NCBI GenBank assembly: GCA_951406725.2
Contig: OX597816.1
Location: forward strand, 57,474,001-57,538,000
DNA: 64,000 nucleotides
DNA from: Octopus vulgaris
Taxonomy: Eukaryota
Direction of reading: 5' to 3'
Every line of letters starts with the position of its first letter. The first letter of the stretch is position 1. The notes below the pieces were generated by a model. The model saw only the letters and a program-made list of their open reading frames with translations. It was not told where the DNA came from and made no database searches. The position numbers were made by a program, and so were the translations under genes. This document shows positions 51,767 to 64,000 of this stretch, in pieces.

Positions 51767-52273
51767 CAGTGGTTCCCAACCTGAGGTCCGTGGACCCCTG
51801 GTGGTCCACAAAGATAGTACTGGAGTCCATAAACTAAATTCAAAATTTCGGACTAGCCCCCATGCCAGTGGCACTTAAAAAGCACTATCTGAACATGATC
51901 GATGCCAGGCCTGCCTGACTGGCTCCTGTGCCAATGGCACATAAAAAGCACTATCCAAATGTGGTTGATGCCAGGCTCGCTTGACTGGCTCCTGTGCTGG
52001 TGGCACGTAAAGAACATCCACTACACTCTCAGAGTGGTTGGCATTAGAAAGGGCATTCAGCTGTAGAAACATTGCTGGATCAGATTGGAGCCTGGTGCAG
52101 CTGGTAGTTCTGCAGACCTCAGTCAAACCATCCAACCCATGCCAGCATGGAAAACGGACGTTAAACAATGATGATGATATACACACACACACATACACAC
52201 ACACATAAGGATGGGCATATTAAAAGGGGTTTCGTGGGAAAACTCATTTAAATAGAAGGGTTGGGAACCACTG
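51767..52273. mobile_element. hAT (Charlie-like) MITE with nested RTE 3' end
   Basis: 15-bp TIRs CAGTGGTTCCCAACC/GGTTGGGAACCACTG, 8-bp TSD ctatagtg/ctacagtg. Confidence 0.8.
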
Positions 52274-53777
52274 CTACAGTGGTATGACCATGTGATGTGT
52301 ATGGCAGATGACAGTTGTATAACAATGTGGTAAGTGCTCTGAGTGAAAGAAACGTGCAGGAGACCCAGGAAGGAATGGGATGAAGGAGTAATCATTCCAA
52401 AGGAAATGATAAGGGACCATATCTTGCTGAAAAGGAACCATTCAAATAATGCAAGAATTAAAAAAATAGATGTAAAAATGGTGACAGGAAATAAGATTAA
52501 AATATTAACATTTGGGTCTCCCTTGACCCTTATTCTTATATAATACTGGTCTCCTACTCTCTTCATTACTCTCTCACTCCATTAACATCTTCATCACCAT
52601 TGTCATTTAATGTCTGCTTTCCATGGGATGGATGGTTTGACTGAGGGCTGGCAAGCCAGAAGGCTGCACCAGGCTCCAATCCAATCTGGCAACGTTTCTA
52701 CAGCTGGATGCCCTTCCTAACACCAACCACTCTGAGAGTGTAGTGGGTGCTTTTTACATGCCACCAGCATGAGGGCCAGTCAGCCGGTACTGGCAACGAC
52801 CACGCTCAAATGGTGCTTTTTACGTGCCACCAGCATCGGCCATGACAATGACTTCACTTGCCTCAACAGGTCTTCACAAGCACCCCCCCTTTTCTCTCTC
52901 CCTTCATGCTACCTGTATAACAAGGGATGATATCATACTGGATTTATCCACGAGCAATCCCACTTCTTTCCTCCTGGTTATCTCTCTCTCTTTCCCACTA
53001 CTCCCTTATCACTCGTTATTGACCCATCCATCCAACTATCACACATTTTTAAGACCCATCACTCACTCCTCTATCACTAGCACTCCCCACCATCTCTTTC
53101 TCCCCCATCGTTTTCCCATCTCCAGTTCTCCCTGTTCTGTCACCATGTCTCTTTTATTACTCATTCTTGACCACCCCCACCCACCCATCACAGTTCATGC
53201 ATGCTGTTGCTATTCAATTTCCTTACCAACAATCATCATGTAGCTGTCAATCACAGATTTTCTCTCTCTCTCTCTTTACTTTTTTCTCTATCACATAATT
53301 GCTCAGGTTCTCTCTCTCTTTCTCTCAGAGATGAGACAACACTAGTGCAGGTGAATGAGCAAATACAGCATAGGATAAAGAGGGCAACCAGTAACAAGGG
53401 TTACACTCAAAGTTAAACATACAATCAATTTATGGCCTTCTGACCCATCTGGGGTTGAGAAGTAATTCCACATAAAATGGACCTCAGCCATAAAATGATC
53501 TTATACATCCTTAGCTAATTAGTTTACTACTTTTTCACTAAATACCCTACATGGACAATATGTCAAACCTCTTACCTACCTGTTTTAACTTTGGTCAATC
53601 CTTGATGTAAGAAAAGGTCTTTGATCTGCCAGCAATCCACAGATGCTTTTGTTCCCATCCCTCGAAGAAATTATGTAAAGTCAATATTATGACTGACATC
53701 CACACTACACAAGCAATATATATATATATATACATATATGTATGTTATTTATTTAAAGGTCACAATACATGTATTAA

Positions 53778-53831
53778 GCACTACTAATAGTTTCATATGT
53801 TGAGAAATACTCAAACATATTCATCAGGCAC
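53778..53831 (-). ncRNA. Hammerhead motif, family 6 (decayed inverted copy on + near 53867-53921)
   Basis: GUGC-CUGAUGA-AUAUGUUUGAG(uauuu)CUCAACAUAU-GAAA-CUAUUAG-UA-GUGC. Confidence 0.6.
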
Positions 53832-56412
53832 AAACCACATATCATAGTTCGTTATGATATGTGGTTTGTACTTGAAGAATTTAAATGAGTATTTCTCAAC
53901 ATATGAAACTATTAACAGTGATTTAATACATGTATTGTGGCCTTTAAATAAATATTTATCTCTCAACAGATGGAGTACTTTTTTTATTGAGTTTTTTATC
54001 ATGGAACAGTACATTTCATATATATATATATATATATATGCGAATTAAAAGCAGTTCTCATGTGATAAATATTGTCGAGTACATATACTAACACATATGC
54101 TTTGTGTATATTATGGGCATACCAGTTCATGATTTTAAAAGCCATGAGCATATAAGTCAGACTGGCTAGCTGACTCACCTTCAACCCAGGCAGGTAGGTG
54201 GTGTTGATAAGCCACAAAAATGGCAAAACATCGATGTCTATCACTCCTAAATGGGATTCAAGGTGAATTATCTCACCTGTCCATGGCTCTAAGGTGTTTT
54301 AACACTGGCGACATGAGTTATATATTCCACTACGCCATTGCAGCCACCGGAAAATACACAAAGCATATACATTAGTATATGTATTTAACTATATATATAT
54401 ATATTGCTTGTGTGTGTGTGCATTCGAATTCTGTGAAAACTGTTCTTGCTCTCTGCATGTACTAACCAACTCTTCATTGGCCTGTTGTATGCACCTTCTG
54501 TGGTTGGTAAAGGTAAAACATTTAAAATCAAGAGGAAAATGAAGAAACAGAAAATGGCAAAAACAACACCAAGTCCTGAACTTCATGGAGGTAATTATGA
54601 GTGAGACGCTCTTGTAAAGAATGGTTGAGAATGTTCCTTAATGGATTGGCTAATAATGTCCAGAACTAAAAGACAGAATTTTCAATGAATGAATTATTTA
54701 CCAAGTTAAACTGTCTCAAAAGCATTTTTGTTAAGATAAGAAATTTTCAAACCATGACATTTCATTTTTAGTGTGTGTGTGTGTGTGTGTCTATTTACAA
54801 TATTTATAAATACACTTATTTACCTCATCTGTAGTGTCAGCATTGTCATCATCATCCTTTTAACTTCCACTTTTCCATGCCTGCATGAGTTAGATGGATT
54901 TCATCACAGGTTTCCTATGCCCAGATGCCTTACCTGTTGCTAGCACTCACCTGTTTGCCATCAAAGTAATATTTCTTCATGGCCAGACATGTTTTCATGG
55001 AAGACTGGAATCAAAGAACATCACTTGTATGACAGTGACACTAATTCATAACCCATCGCATGATGTCTATAGACAAGGATAGACACACACACGCATACAC
55101 ACACACACACATATCACCATCATCATCATCGTTTAACATCCGCTTTCCATGGAGCTGGCTAGCAGGGAGCTGTCCTGACTCCAACTGTCTGTTTCTACAG
55201 CTGGATGCCCTTCCTAATGCCAACCACTTGTGAGCTGGGTGCCTTTTACATGCTGATGGCACAGGTTTTTACACAGGTGTGTCAACACAGCACCAGCACT
55301 AATGCATCTTATGTCGCACCTGTGTAGAAGCTAGTGGTTTTTACTAAGCTTGACAATTTTTATCAAATACAGCAAATCACCACGTCTCACAGTCCCTTGT
55401 CATTTCCTCAGTGAGGCCTAGTAACTGAAGATCCTTTCTCACTCCTTCATCCTACATCTTCCTGGCTCTACCCTTACATTTATGTGTGTGTGAGAGAGAG
55501 AGACACCATCATCATCATTGCTTAAAATCCTCTTTCTATGCTGGCATGGGTTGGTCACTTTGACATGCAGCTGGCTAACAGGAAGTTGTTCAGACTCCAG
55601 CTGTCTGTTGTAGCAGGATTCTTATGGTGGGATGCCCTTCCTAATGCCAACCACTTAATAAAGTGAGCTGGGTGCCTTGTACATGCCAATGGCACAACAC
55701 CAACATCACATGCTGTGTGTGTGTGTATTTACGTAAAACAACCTTTTTTCAGTTTTTGGCTACCAAATCCACTAAAAGGGCTTCGGTCACTTTGGTCAGC
55801 CTGAGGCTCGAACCACGCTGAGTTTTCAATACACACACTCACAGGCCCATGAGTTACACACACACACACATGTTCATACACACATACACACACAAATATA
55901 CAAAACATACATCACTCCTCACAAGCGACACACTAGGTTTCTTGTACACATAGGTACATGTACACATAGATAGTTGTTCACGTGGGTACACAGGCCCATG
56001 CATTTGCACACACACCTGGTAATCCCACACATATGTACACACGTCCATATGCACACGCACATACAAGTAAATGAAATGCATATCACTCCACATGCATGCA
56101 CTAAGTTACTTATACACATACTTACACATACACTGGTCCACATAATTTTCAGCTTGCCCACACATACATACTCATGCACTCGCCCCCGTTCACACATACA
56201 CACTCACACACACCATTCTTACATGCACACATGCACTTGCACACCTTAGATCACCATTATTAGTATTACTGCTATTGTTATCTCCCTTTCATTCAACCTC
56301 TCTCTTCTGGCCATTTCACTATCATTTCGCTTGGCTGAACCATTAATCTCTACACATTTTTCGTCTCTCTCCATTTTTTTTTTCGTTCTTTCTCCTTTTT
56401 TTCCCTCTTAAT

Positions 56413-56450
56413 TCTTTCTGTCGAAGAGCATAGGCTCGAAACATAAAAGA
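56413..56450 (+). ncRNA. Minimal hammerhead-like motif, family 2 (related subfamily, element about 56340-56540)
   Basis: UCUUU-CUGUCGA-A-GAGC(auag)GCUC-GAAA-CA-UA-AAAGA; flanks diverge from 34093 while the motif is nearly identical. Confidence 0.55.
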
Positions 56451-56840
56451 CTTTTCCAGTCTTCCCGAGTGTTAAACTAATACACCTGCTTGTTGTTCCT
56501 ACACCTGTCTTCATCTTTTGTTTTCTGTAAATTTGAAGTATGTGTGTATATATATCATCATCATCATCATCGTTTAACATCCATTTTCCATGCTGGCATG
56601 GATTGGATGGTTTGACTGAGGTCTGGAAAGCCAGCAGCTGCACTAGGTTCCAATCTGGCAGTGTTTCTACAGCTGGATAGCGCCTTTTACATGCCACCAA
56701 CATGGGAGCCAGTCAGTGGGTACTGGCATTGACCAAGTTCGGATGGTGCTTTTTACATGCCACCAGCACAGGAGCCAGTCAGGCAGCCCTGGCATTAATC
56801 ATGTTTGGATAGTGCTTTTTACATGTGCCACCAGCATCGG

Positions 56841-56879
<39 letters not shown>

Positions 56880-57453
56880 TGTATTCTACTCTAGGCACAA
56901 GGCCCGAAATTTTTAGAGTACAAGGCCAGTGATTAGATCAACCCCAGTATGCAACTAGTACTTAATTTATCAATCCAGAAAGGATGAAAGGTAAATTCGA
57001 CCTCGGCAGAATTTAAACTCAGAACATAAGGACAGACGAAATACCACTGAGCATTTCACCCGGTGTACTAATGTTTCTGCCAGCTCACTGACATATATAT
57101 ATATCGACCATCCGAGCGTGATCGACCATCCAAGTGTGATCGACCATCCAAGTGTGATCGTTGCCAACCATCCGAGCATGATTGTTGCCAGAGCAGCCAA
57201 CTGGCTTCTGTGCCAGTGGCACGTAAAAAGCACCACCCGATCGTGGTCGATGCCAGCTCTTCTTGCCCATGCCAGTGGCACATAAAAAAAGCACCCACTA
57301 CACTCTCGGAGTGGTTGGCATTAGGAAGGGCATCCAGTTGTAGAAACACTGCCAGATCAGATTGGGGCCTGGTGCAGCCTCCTGGCTTCCCAGACCCCAG
57401 TCTAACCCATGTCAGCATGGAAAACTTAAACGATGATGATGATGAGATATATA

Positions 57454-57520
<67 letters not shown>

Positions 57521-57752
57521 GGTGTAACATTTATATATGTATCTTCAGGTTTGTTCCCTCACACTGCTTGACAACCAAAGTTGGTTTGTTTACATTCCCA
57601 TAACTTGGCAAAAAAAGACCAATAGAATAAGGGGGGAAAAAGTAGTAGGGGTCAATTCGCTTGAGTAAACCTTTCAAAGACTGTGCTTACGGCTAGTCAC
57701 AGTCCAATGACTCAAGGAAGAAATTAGATGCTTTACAGCTCTTATATTGATA

Positions 57753-58149
57753 TCTTTATATATAAAAGTGAGGTTGTGTGCTGTCTGTCTCCTACGATTT
57801 AGATTCCTAACTACTCCCACATTTTGCGGTGCAGTTTAACCAAAACCGGGTATCTTATAGTCGTGATTCATATCGAGCCCTTCTGGGTATTAGCGCGCGT
57901 CTACGATGAGTCTAAGATTTTTTTTTAAATTTACCATCAATTTTTCCCATTTTTAATGCATTTTTGGCATATATAAGGGAAGTAACTCTCTAAAAATTTA
58001 TTATTAAATCTCAGAACGTAAAAAGCTACAGTAACACCCCCCCCTTTGTGGTTAGCCATATTGAGATGGCTATTATACTTTACATCTCTAAAAATGCTTA
58101 TATAGTTATTTCCCTTACAAACCCGAGCAACGCTGGGCAATACTGCTAG
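57753..58149 (+). mobile_element. Non-autonomous Helitron
   Basis: A|TCTTTATATATAAAA start, subterminal CCCGAGCAACGCTGGG hairpin, CTAG|T end. Confidence 0.7.
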
Positions 58150-58199
<50 letters not shown>

Positions 58200-58762
58200 G
58201 AAGAGAAAAGTGTGGAAACTTCATGAGGGAGGTGGGGGAGTAAGAACGACAGAGCTGACAGATGTATGACAAAAATATGTATTTTCTGATAATATTAGCT
58301 TTAACATTTTATCCAGCTCCAATTAAATATTAGAAACCAAAATATTTCAGTTAATTAGCTAATTAGGTACAAAAACAAACACAGGATCCTGCTATCTTAT
58401 CAAACAATGATATTATGATGATGGCAGTCTTGGTGGTGGTGGTGGTGGTGATAACTGCTGTTGTTTTAGCCCCAAGTCAGGAATGACTAAATCCAATAAT
58501 CAAACAGGTTCCATCCATGACCACCTTGTCTTATATTCAAACAGTATAAGTAAGACTATATTTCGTTTCTGGATTTGGTTTGCAAGACTCTTTATATGAG
58601 TTAGTGTATTGAAGCATATTCTGTTGTGTCTGGGAAGAGTCAATTTTTTTTTGTGCCTTATAATGTAACACAATCACCGGTAAAATTTCCACTTATTTCT
58701 TATTTTTATTTTTCCTAAAATTTTCGTTGCTTCTGGCAACCTTTTCAATAATCTTGACTCAA

Positions 58763-58799
58763 TATTGAAAAGGTTGCAAGACGCAATGAAAATTTTAGG
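58763..58799 (+). ncRNA. Hammerhead-like motif with U3:A8 core, family 4 (inverted copy about 58714-58751)
   Basis: UA-UUGAAAA-G-GUUGC(aagac)GCAAU-GAAA-AU-UU-UAGG; the minus copy has a perfect GUUGC/GCAAC stem; helix I is short. Confidence 0.45.
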
Positions 58800-59829
58800 A
58801 AAATAAAAATAAGAAAAAGTGGAAATTTTACCGGTGATTGTGTTACATTATAAGGCACAAAAAGACACAACAGAATACGACTATATTATTCAATGTGTTC
58901 TACATTTTTTAAAGACACTGGGGTGTTGTGGTTTGGGGAAGGTGTGGCTGCTATTTCTTGCAGGTCAAGGAACCACTCTTATTGTTGTTGCAGGAGAGAG
59001 AGTGATTGGGATGTCTCAGGGGCAGTTTTCCCCTCGCTACAATGGAAACGGGGGTCACCGATAATTTTTCACATACTAATGACATATTATTCAAAGGTCT
59101 GTGTGTGTGTGTATGTGTGTGTGCATACCTGTCTGTCTGTGTGTCAAAGTGACAGGTAACATTTGTCATTACCGAAAAGCTTTCGTTATGCTTATTAGTT
59201 TTATCACCACATTACCATTAGTACCACCACTGCTATGCATAACACTGCCGTCTCTACTGCTCACACACACACACACATATAGTGGGGGGGGGTATCATCA
59301 TCAATATTTTAGATCCTGGTCCCACAGTGGCCTGGCTTGGATTTTTGGACAGGATCCAATGGATCCGGGGACTGCAGCTTGCTCCACTCTCTGCTTTGGC
59401 AGGGTTTCTATGGCAAGAGAGAGAGAAAGAGAGACTACAGATGGGTAGGTAGGTAGGCAGGCAGATGGATATGTCGGTAGGTAGACATCCATGACAACCA
59501 GCCTGCCCACCAGGTCTAGACTTTCAGATCCAGACTCTTTTGAAAAAGTACCACAGTACCACCACCACCCATTCTCGGCAGACACGGGGGGAAAATAAAT
59601 ATCAAATTGTCTGCTGAACCTGACCTGGAGGGTCCACAAGTTGGAGAGTCTGGTTCACTGATGGCTGATATCTGCATTTTGTGACTTAATGTCATTTAAC
59701 AAGTAACCTTATTTCCCAGGTGACCCCAAGCCATGCACATTTATACTACCTATCTTGAGCATGACTCTGACAAAAGTTGTGTTTCAGACACAAAATAAAA
59801 AAATTAAAAAGTGGGAGAGAAAGAAAGGG

Positions 59830-61500
59830 AGTCACTGTTTCAAAAGTCGTGGATTTTCCTCCTCAGTTTCCTTGGGGAGATTTTTGTATAGCTTTTTGGA
59901 CAAATGGTTTTGAAATCTCCAAACTGCATTAGAGTAGAGAGATTTCATTATTTTGTGTGTGTTTTGTGTGGTGCCTATTATTTGTATGTGTTGTGTATGG
60001 GTGGTTGTTTTTTCTAACATTTTTTTCCATTATGTTAGTGTCCAACCTAATGTATTGCATCAGGTCCAAATCGTTAGTGCTAATTGCCATTAACATTGTG
60101 GGACTATTTTGCGTTTGTATGTTTGTAGTGTCATTGTTTGTATTTTTGTTGTGTGTGGCAGTTTTGTTGTCGGCACTGGTATATCTCCCTGCTTTGTTTG
60201 ACTGAATGGTTGTTCTTTCTTTTTCCCCCCCTTTTTCTTCTCCCCCTATGACCATTTGCCATTCTGCCGGATTACCTGCGAATCAGAAAGTGAGAGGGAA
60301 GAGTATTGGGGTCGATCTGTGTGTGTGTTGATGCTGATGTTGTTGTTAGTACTAGTTGGTGGCTGTTGGGATGTGATGTATGGGCTGTCGGGGATGAGGG
60401 ATTAGTCTTTTCCTTTTTTTCCCTGGTTTTGATGCTTCTGTAGTTGTTGTAGTTGGTGGTAGTGGTGGTGGTGGTGGTGTTCCTTCTATTCTTGATGGCA
60501 CTGATGGGGTTGTTGGTTGGTTGAGTTGTTTGTTGGTTGGTAGAGCTGTTTTGTCTGTTGTGCTGATGGTAGTGTGGGTAACAGTATTGGTTTGCAGTTG
60601 GGTTTTTGGTCTTGTTTGGCAGTCTGCTTTAAGATGGTTTTTGCTACCACAAAGGTAGAAGCATGGCCTTCTGCCTTCATGTCATCTGGGAGATTTTCAA
60701 TTGTTTCTTGATTTGCCTGGATTAACAGCTCTAACCTCTGTCCAGCCCGGTTTTGCTGTTCCAGAATGGCAATTTCTAATATGTTAATTTATTCTTCAAA
60801 ATCATAACAGATGGCTGACACCAGCCATCCTATTTCTATTTCAGGGGACACATCTTTAATTTTTACCTCTGTCACCCGATGACTGAGGTAAGTGGGAATC
60901 ATTATAAATTCCTCACATTCCAGAATTCTTATTAAGAGTTCTATTGTGTGCTCTTCTGTATCGAATATTACCTCAATCGTGGCAAATCTTTTGTCCCTTG
61001 CAATATATTTTTTTGTAAGCCCATATGGGCCATAGACATTTTTCAGCTGTTTGCTGAGTGGCCTGTTCCAGTCTTAGTTTTTATGTTCAGGGTTTTATAA
61101 ATTGTTTTTTTTTAAAGGTCCTGCAAAATGTCTGTTTTCTTTTTTTAATAACTGTTTTGCATTTTAGTAGTTCCTCTGTTGAGAAGGACACTAGATGGGT
61201 TTTTTTGCCTTAAAATAGAAGCAAAATTACTTCGTTTGTTCATGTTGGTGGTGGCAGTGGTGGTGGCAACATTCATTGTCTTAGGCATGTATTCATTTTG
61301 TCTGCTTTTCCTTCCTACTCGTTCAGAAGGAAAGCTTGACTCAAATTGTGTGTTGTTGTCTTCCAGTTGTGTGTGTGTGTGTGTGCGTGTGTGAAAGTGA
61401 AATGATATTTTCTTTTTACTTGTTGTCATTGGCAACAAAGGAAATTCCTCATTGAAATTGGTTACTGAGACTCCGTTGATCTCAGAATGGCTAGCCATTT
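59830..61500 (-). mobile_element. Possible highly decayed LINE (L1/Tx1-like) remnant
   Basis: A/C-rich minus strand with broken protein-like reading frames; no diagnostic motif recognised. Confidence 0.25.
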
Positions 61501-61710
61501 TTTTTATTTTTTTTCACATTATTGTACTATAAACTTCTAAGCCACACACTCAGGCTTGTAATGTAGAATATTCCATTATACCATTAATATTTCACTATAT
61601 TGTTCATATTACATTAACATACTCATGATACTGAAATGATGCCATCTGATTATATCTCTAATTATTGATTATGGTAAAATTTTGCTAATGACTTCATTAT
61701 GATTCTTTAG

Positions 61711-61968
61711 GTTGCAAAGAAGATGAATTTGGTCCTGGATGCAACCGAGTCTGTGAGTGCCAGAATGGCGGTCATTGTGATGAAGTGAGTGGAGAATGTA
61801 TCTGTCTTTTGGGATGGATTGGAGCAACATGTGAACAGCCTTGTCCTACTGGTCGTTATGGATTGAACTGCACAGAAGTTTGTCAGTGCCAACATGGTGG
61901 AATCTGTGATCCCCGATCAGGGAGATGTTCCTGTCCAGCTGGACACATGTCAAAATATTGTGAAACAT
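61711..61968 (+). CDS. MEGF6: MEGF6-like exon 14 (258 nt, two EGF repeats)
   Basis: tctttag|GT TGC AAA...ACA T|gtacgt; CKEDEFGPGCNRVCECQNGGHCDEVSGEC...CDPRSGRCSCPAGHMSKYCET; follows a 23.9 kb intron, phase 1-1. Confidence 0.88.
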
Positions 61969-62883
61969 GTACGTCTTTATTTTATATTTTCATTGCCATA
62001 GAAGACCTTTGTACCTCAGTATTTTTTGTATTGTATTTCATTGAAAGCCATATAGCCCTGGTACCTTGTCTGAAAATCTAGGGTTTGTATGGTACCAAAT
62101 CTAAATGACTAGCCTTGTGCCTTCTCTGAGTAAGCTTAGGGTTAAATGCAAAATTTAAACGAGTCATTCTCAATAGAGCAATAGGGTCCCCTGAAGGTCC
62201 TTGACATATTTGAAGGGAGCAACAAGCTATCTGTTTTTTGCTTTATTGGGGAGATGAATAGAAGAAATTTAGAACTGATTCACAAGCGGATGGGTGGGGG
62301 GGGTCTTGTGAAACTGAAAAGAATTTCTCTGGGAGCCACAATGAAAAACAGTTGAGAACGGCTGATCTAAATAACCAAAGAGACTTTCCCCTGAGACTAA
62401 ATTACTACAGTTTTATAACCTAGACTAAATGACCAGTCTTGTATCATTGTCATTTAACACCTGTTTTCCATGTTAGCATGGATTGTACAGTTTGACAGTA
62501 GCTGGGAAGGCCAACTGCCATACCAGGCTCCATTGTCTGTTTTGCCATGGCTTCTGCAGCAGGATGCCCTTCCTAACACCAACCACATCACAGGGTATAC
62601 TGAGTGCCTTTTTTTACATGGTATCAGCACTGATGCTTTTTATGTGGCACCAGCACTGACAGGGTCACCAAGTACCTTCCAAGACAAAAAAGAAAAAAAG
62701 GCAAAGCCCTCTCACCACAACTGGGAGTGGGAAGAAGCATAGGCATGGGGGGGTGGCTTTGTGTCAGTTGAGTAATTAAAGGTGTAGAGGGGGAGAGGCT
62801 AGAGATAGGTGCACCCTAGTCAAAATAAGCATTTGTATTGCAACCAAGATTCTAATATTATTGTTCTCATCACTAATCTACAG

Positions 62884-63141
62884 CTTGTCCCCCAAACAAG
62901 TATGGCATCAACTGTGAGAATGATTGCCAATGTGGGAAGGCTGGCATTTGTAATCCACAGGATGGAACATGTCAGTGTAAAATGGGCTGGAGTGGCGAAA
63001 CTTGTGAAGAATCCTGTCCATCTGGTCGATATGGTCCCAACTGCGTACACACATGTCAGTGTCAAAACAAGGGAACATGTGATCCAGTCACAGGGTGTTG
63101 TACCTGTGCAAATGGCTTCTATGGACAACTCTGTGAAATTC
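62884..63141 (+). CDS. MEGF6: MEGF6-like exon 15 (258 nt, two EGF repeats)
   Basis: ctacag|CT TGT CCC...ATT C|gtaagt; CPPNKYGINCENDCQCGKAGICNPQDG...CDPVTGCCTCANGFYGQLCEI; gene continues beyond the window. Confidence 0.9.
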
Positions 63142-63582
63142 GTAAGTAACTCTTGAATTTTCTTTGGTTGTTGTTTTTTGGTGATATATAGCAGAGAACT
63201 GCTTACCATCTGAAGAGAGAATGAATAATTTATGAATTCTTTATATTTTGGGCAATGCACTCAACAACAGAAATAAACAACGAATTGTCAGAGGTTAGCA
63301 ATAATCTCTGAAAATTCCAAGATTATTTCTGTAGATGGGTGAATCACCTTTTGCTACCAGCCCACCTGAAACTGCCTTTGGCCCTATAGTACAAATGTTT
63401 TGTTTTCAAAAGTTTTCAATTAAAATCTTCCACCAAACCTTAGTCACAATTTATGTTCCTAACACTAGCTTAATGATAACTAAGTTATTTTCCTAACATC
63501 TTAATTGAAAGAAACACAGAGCATCTCAACAAAAATATGGTAACAAAAGGGTTTAAATATATAATAGAGAAACAATTCTTAA

Positions 63583-63813
63583 CCCTTTTGATACCAACCC
63601 AGCTGAAACAGCCTCTGGCTCTGTAGCACAAATGTTTTGCTTTCATAAGTTTTGAATTAAAATCTTCCACCAAACCTTAGTCACAATTTATGTTCCTAAC
63701 ACTAGCTTAATGATAACTAAGTGATTTTACTAAATTCTTTGTTATATTTAAAATATCTAAAATTAACTGAAAGAAACACAGAGCATCTCAATTGAAATAT
63801 GGTAACAAAAGGG
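63583..63813. mobile_element. piggyBac-like MITE family 2 (second copy about 63346-63551)
   Basis: TTAA-CCCTTTTGATACC..GGTAACAAAAGGG-TTAA; homologous to 48383-48602; decayed relatives near 4850-5025, 23215-23410, 42345-42543. Confidence 0.8.
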
Positions 63814-64000
63814 TTAACAAATGATTAATTATTCTCTTTTCAGATTGTAAAAAATTCTCCAGAGTGTTTTCTATATTTCAAATCGTCCATCATCATTTAA
63901 TGCCCATTTTCTAGGCTGGTCACTCATTTGCTTCATCCGTTTCTCTATATCACAATGCTTCAAGTAAACTACAAAATGCTTCTCGCATTAATTATATTTG

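Noticed and set aside
54130-54346. Minus-strand TGGCGTAGTGG A-box-like start of a possible SINE
   Set aside because: No convincing B box and no second copy in the window.
63841-63905. Possible next exon after ttttcag (..AT TGT AAA AAA)
   Set aside because: Reading continues CKKFSRVFSIF without the EGF pattern and runs into a repeat tail.

Overview
AT-rich, repeat-dense eukaryotic genomic DNA, most likely from a coleoid cephalopod (octopus). That origin is inferred from the repeat and microsatellite make-up and has not been verified. The window is the interior of one + strand gene. Fifteen GT-AG exons (5495-63141; 2724 nt, about 908 codons) splice in frame into about 21 tandem 8-Cys laminin-type EGF repeats, and their irregular spacing matches MEGF6. 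The start and stop codons lie outside the window. The introns contain tRNA-derived SINEs, RTE/R4-Dong/CR1 LINE remnants, Helitron-, piggyBac-, hAT-, mariner- and pogo-type elements, and microsatellites. The main discovery is at least seven distinct families (about 16 copies) of minimal type-I hammerhead-ribozyme-like motifs of the Penelope-associated kind, read by eye from the introns. One family is the tail of a tRNA-headed SINE, and two families show compensatory changes at the catalytic 3:8 pair (G3:C8 and U3:A8). Four loci carry the motif as head-to-head inverted pairs. Cleavage activity is untested, and repeat boundaries are approximate.
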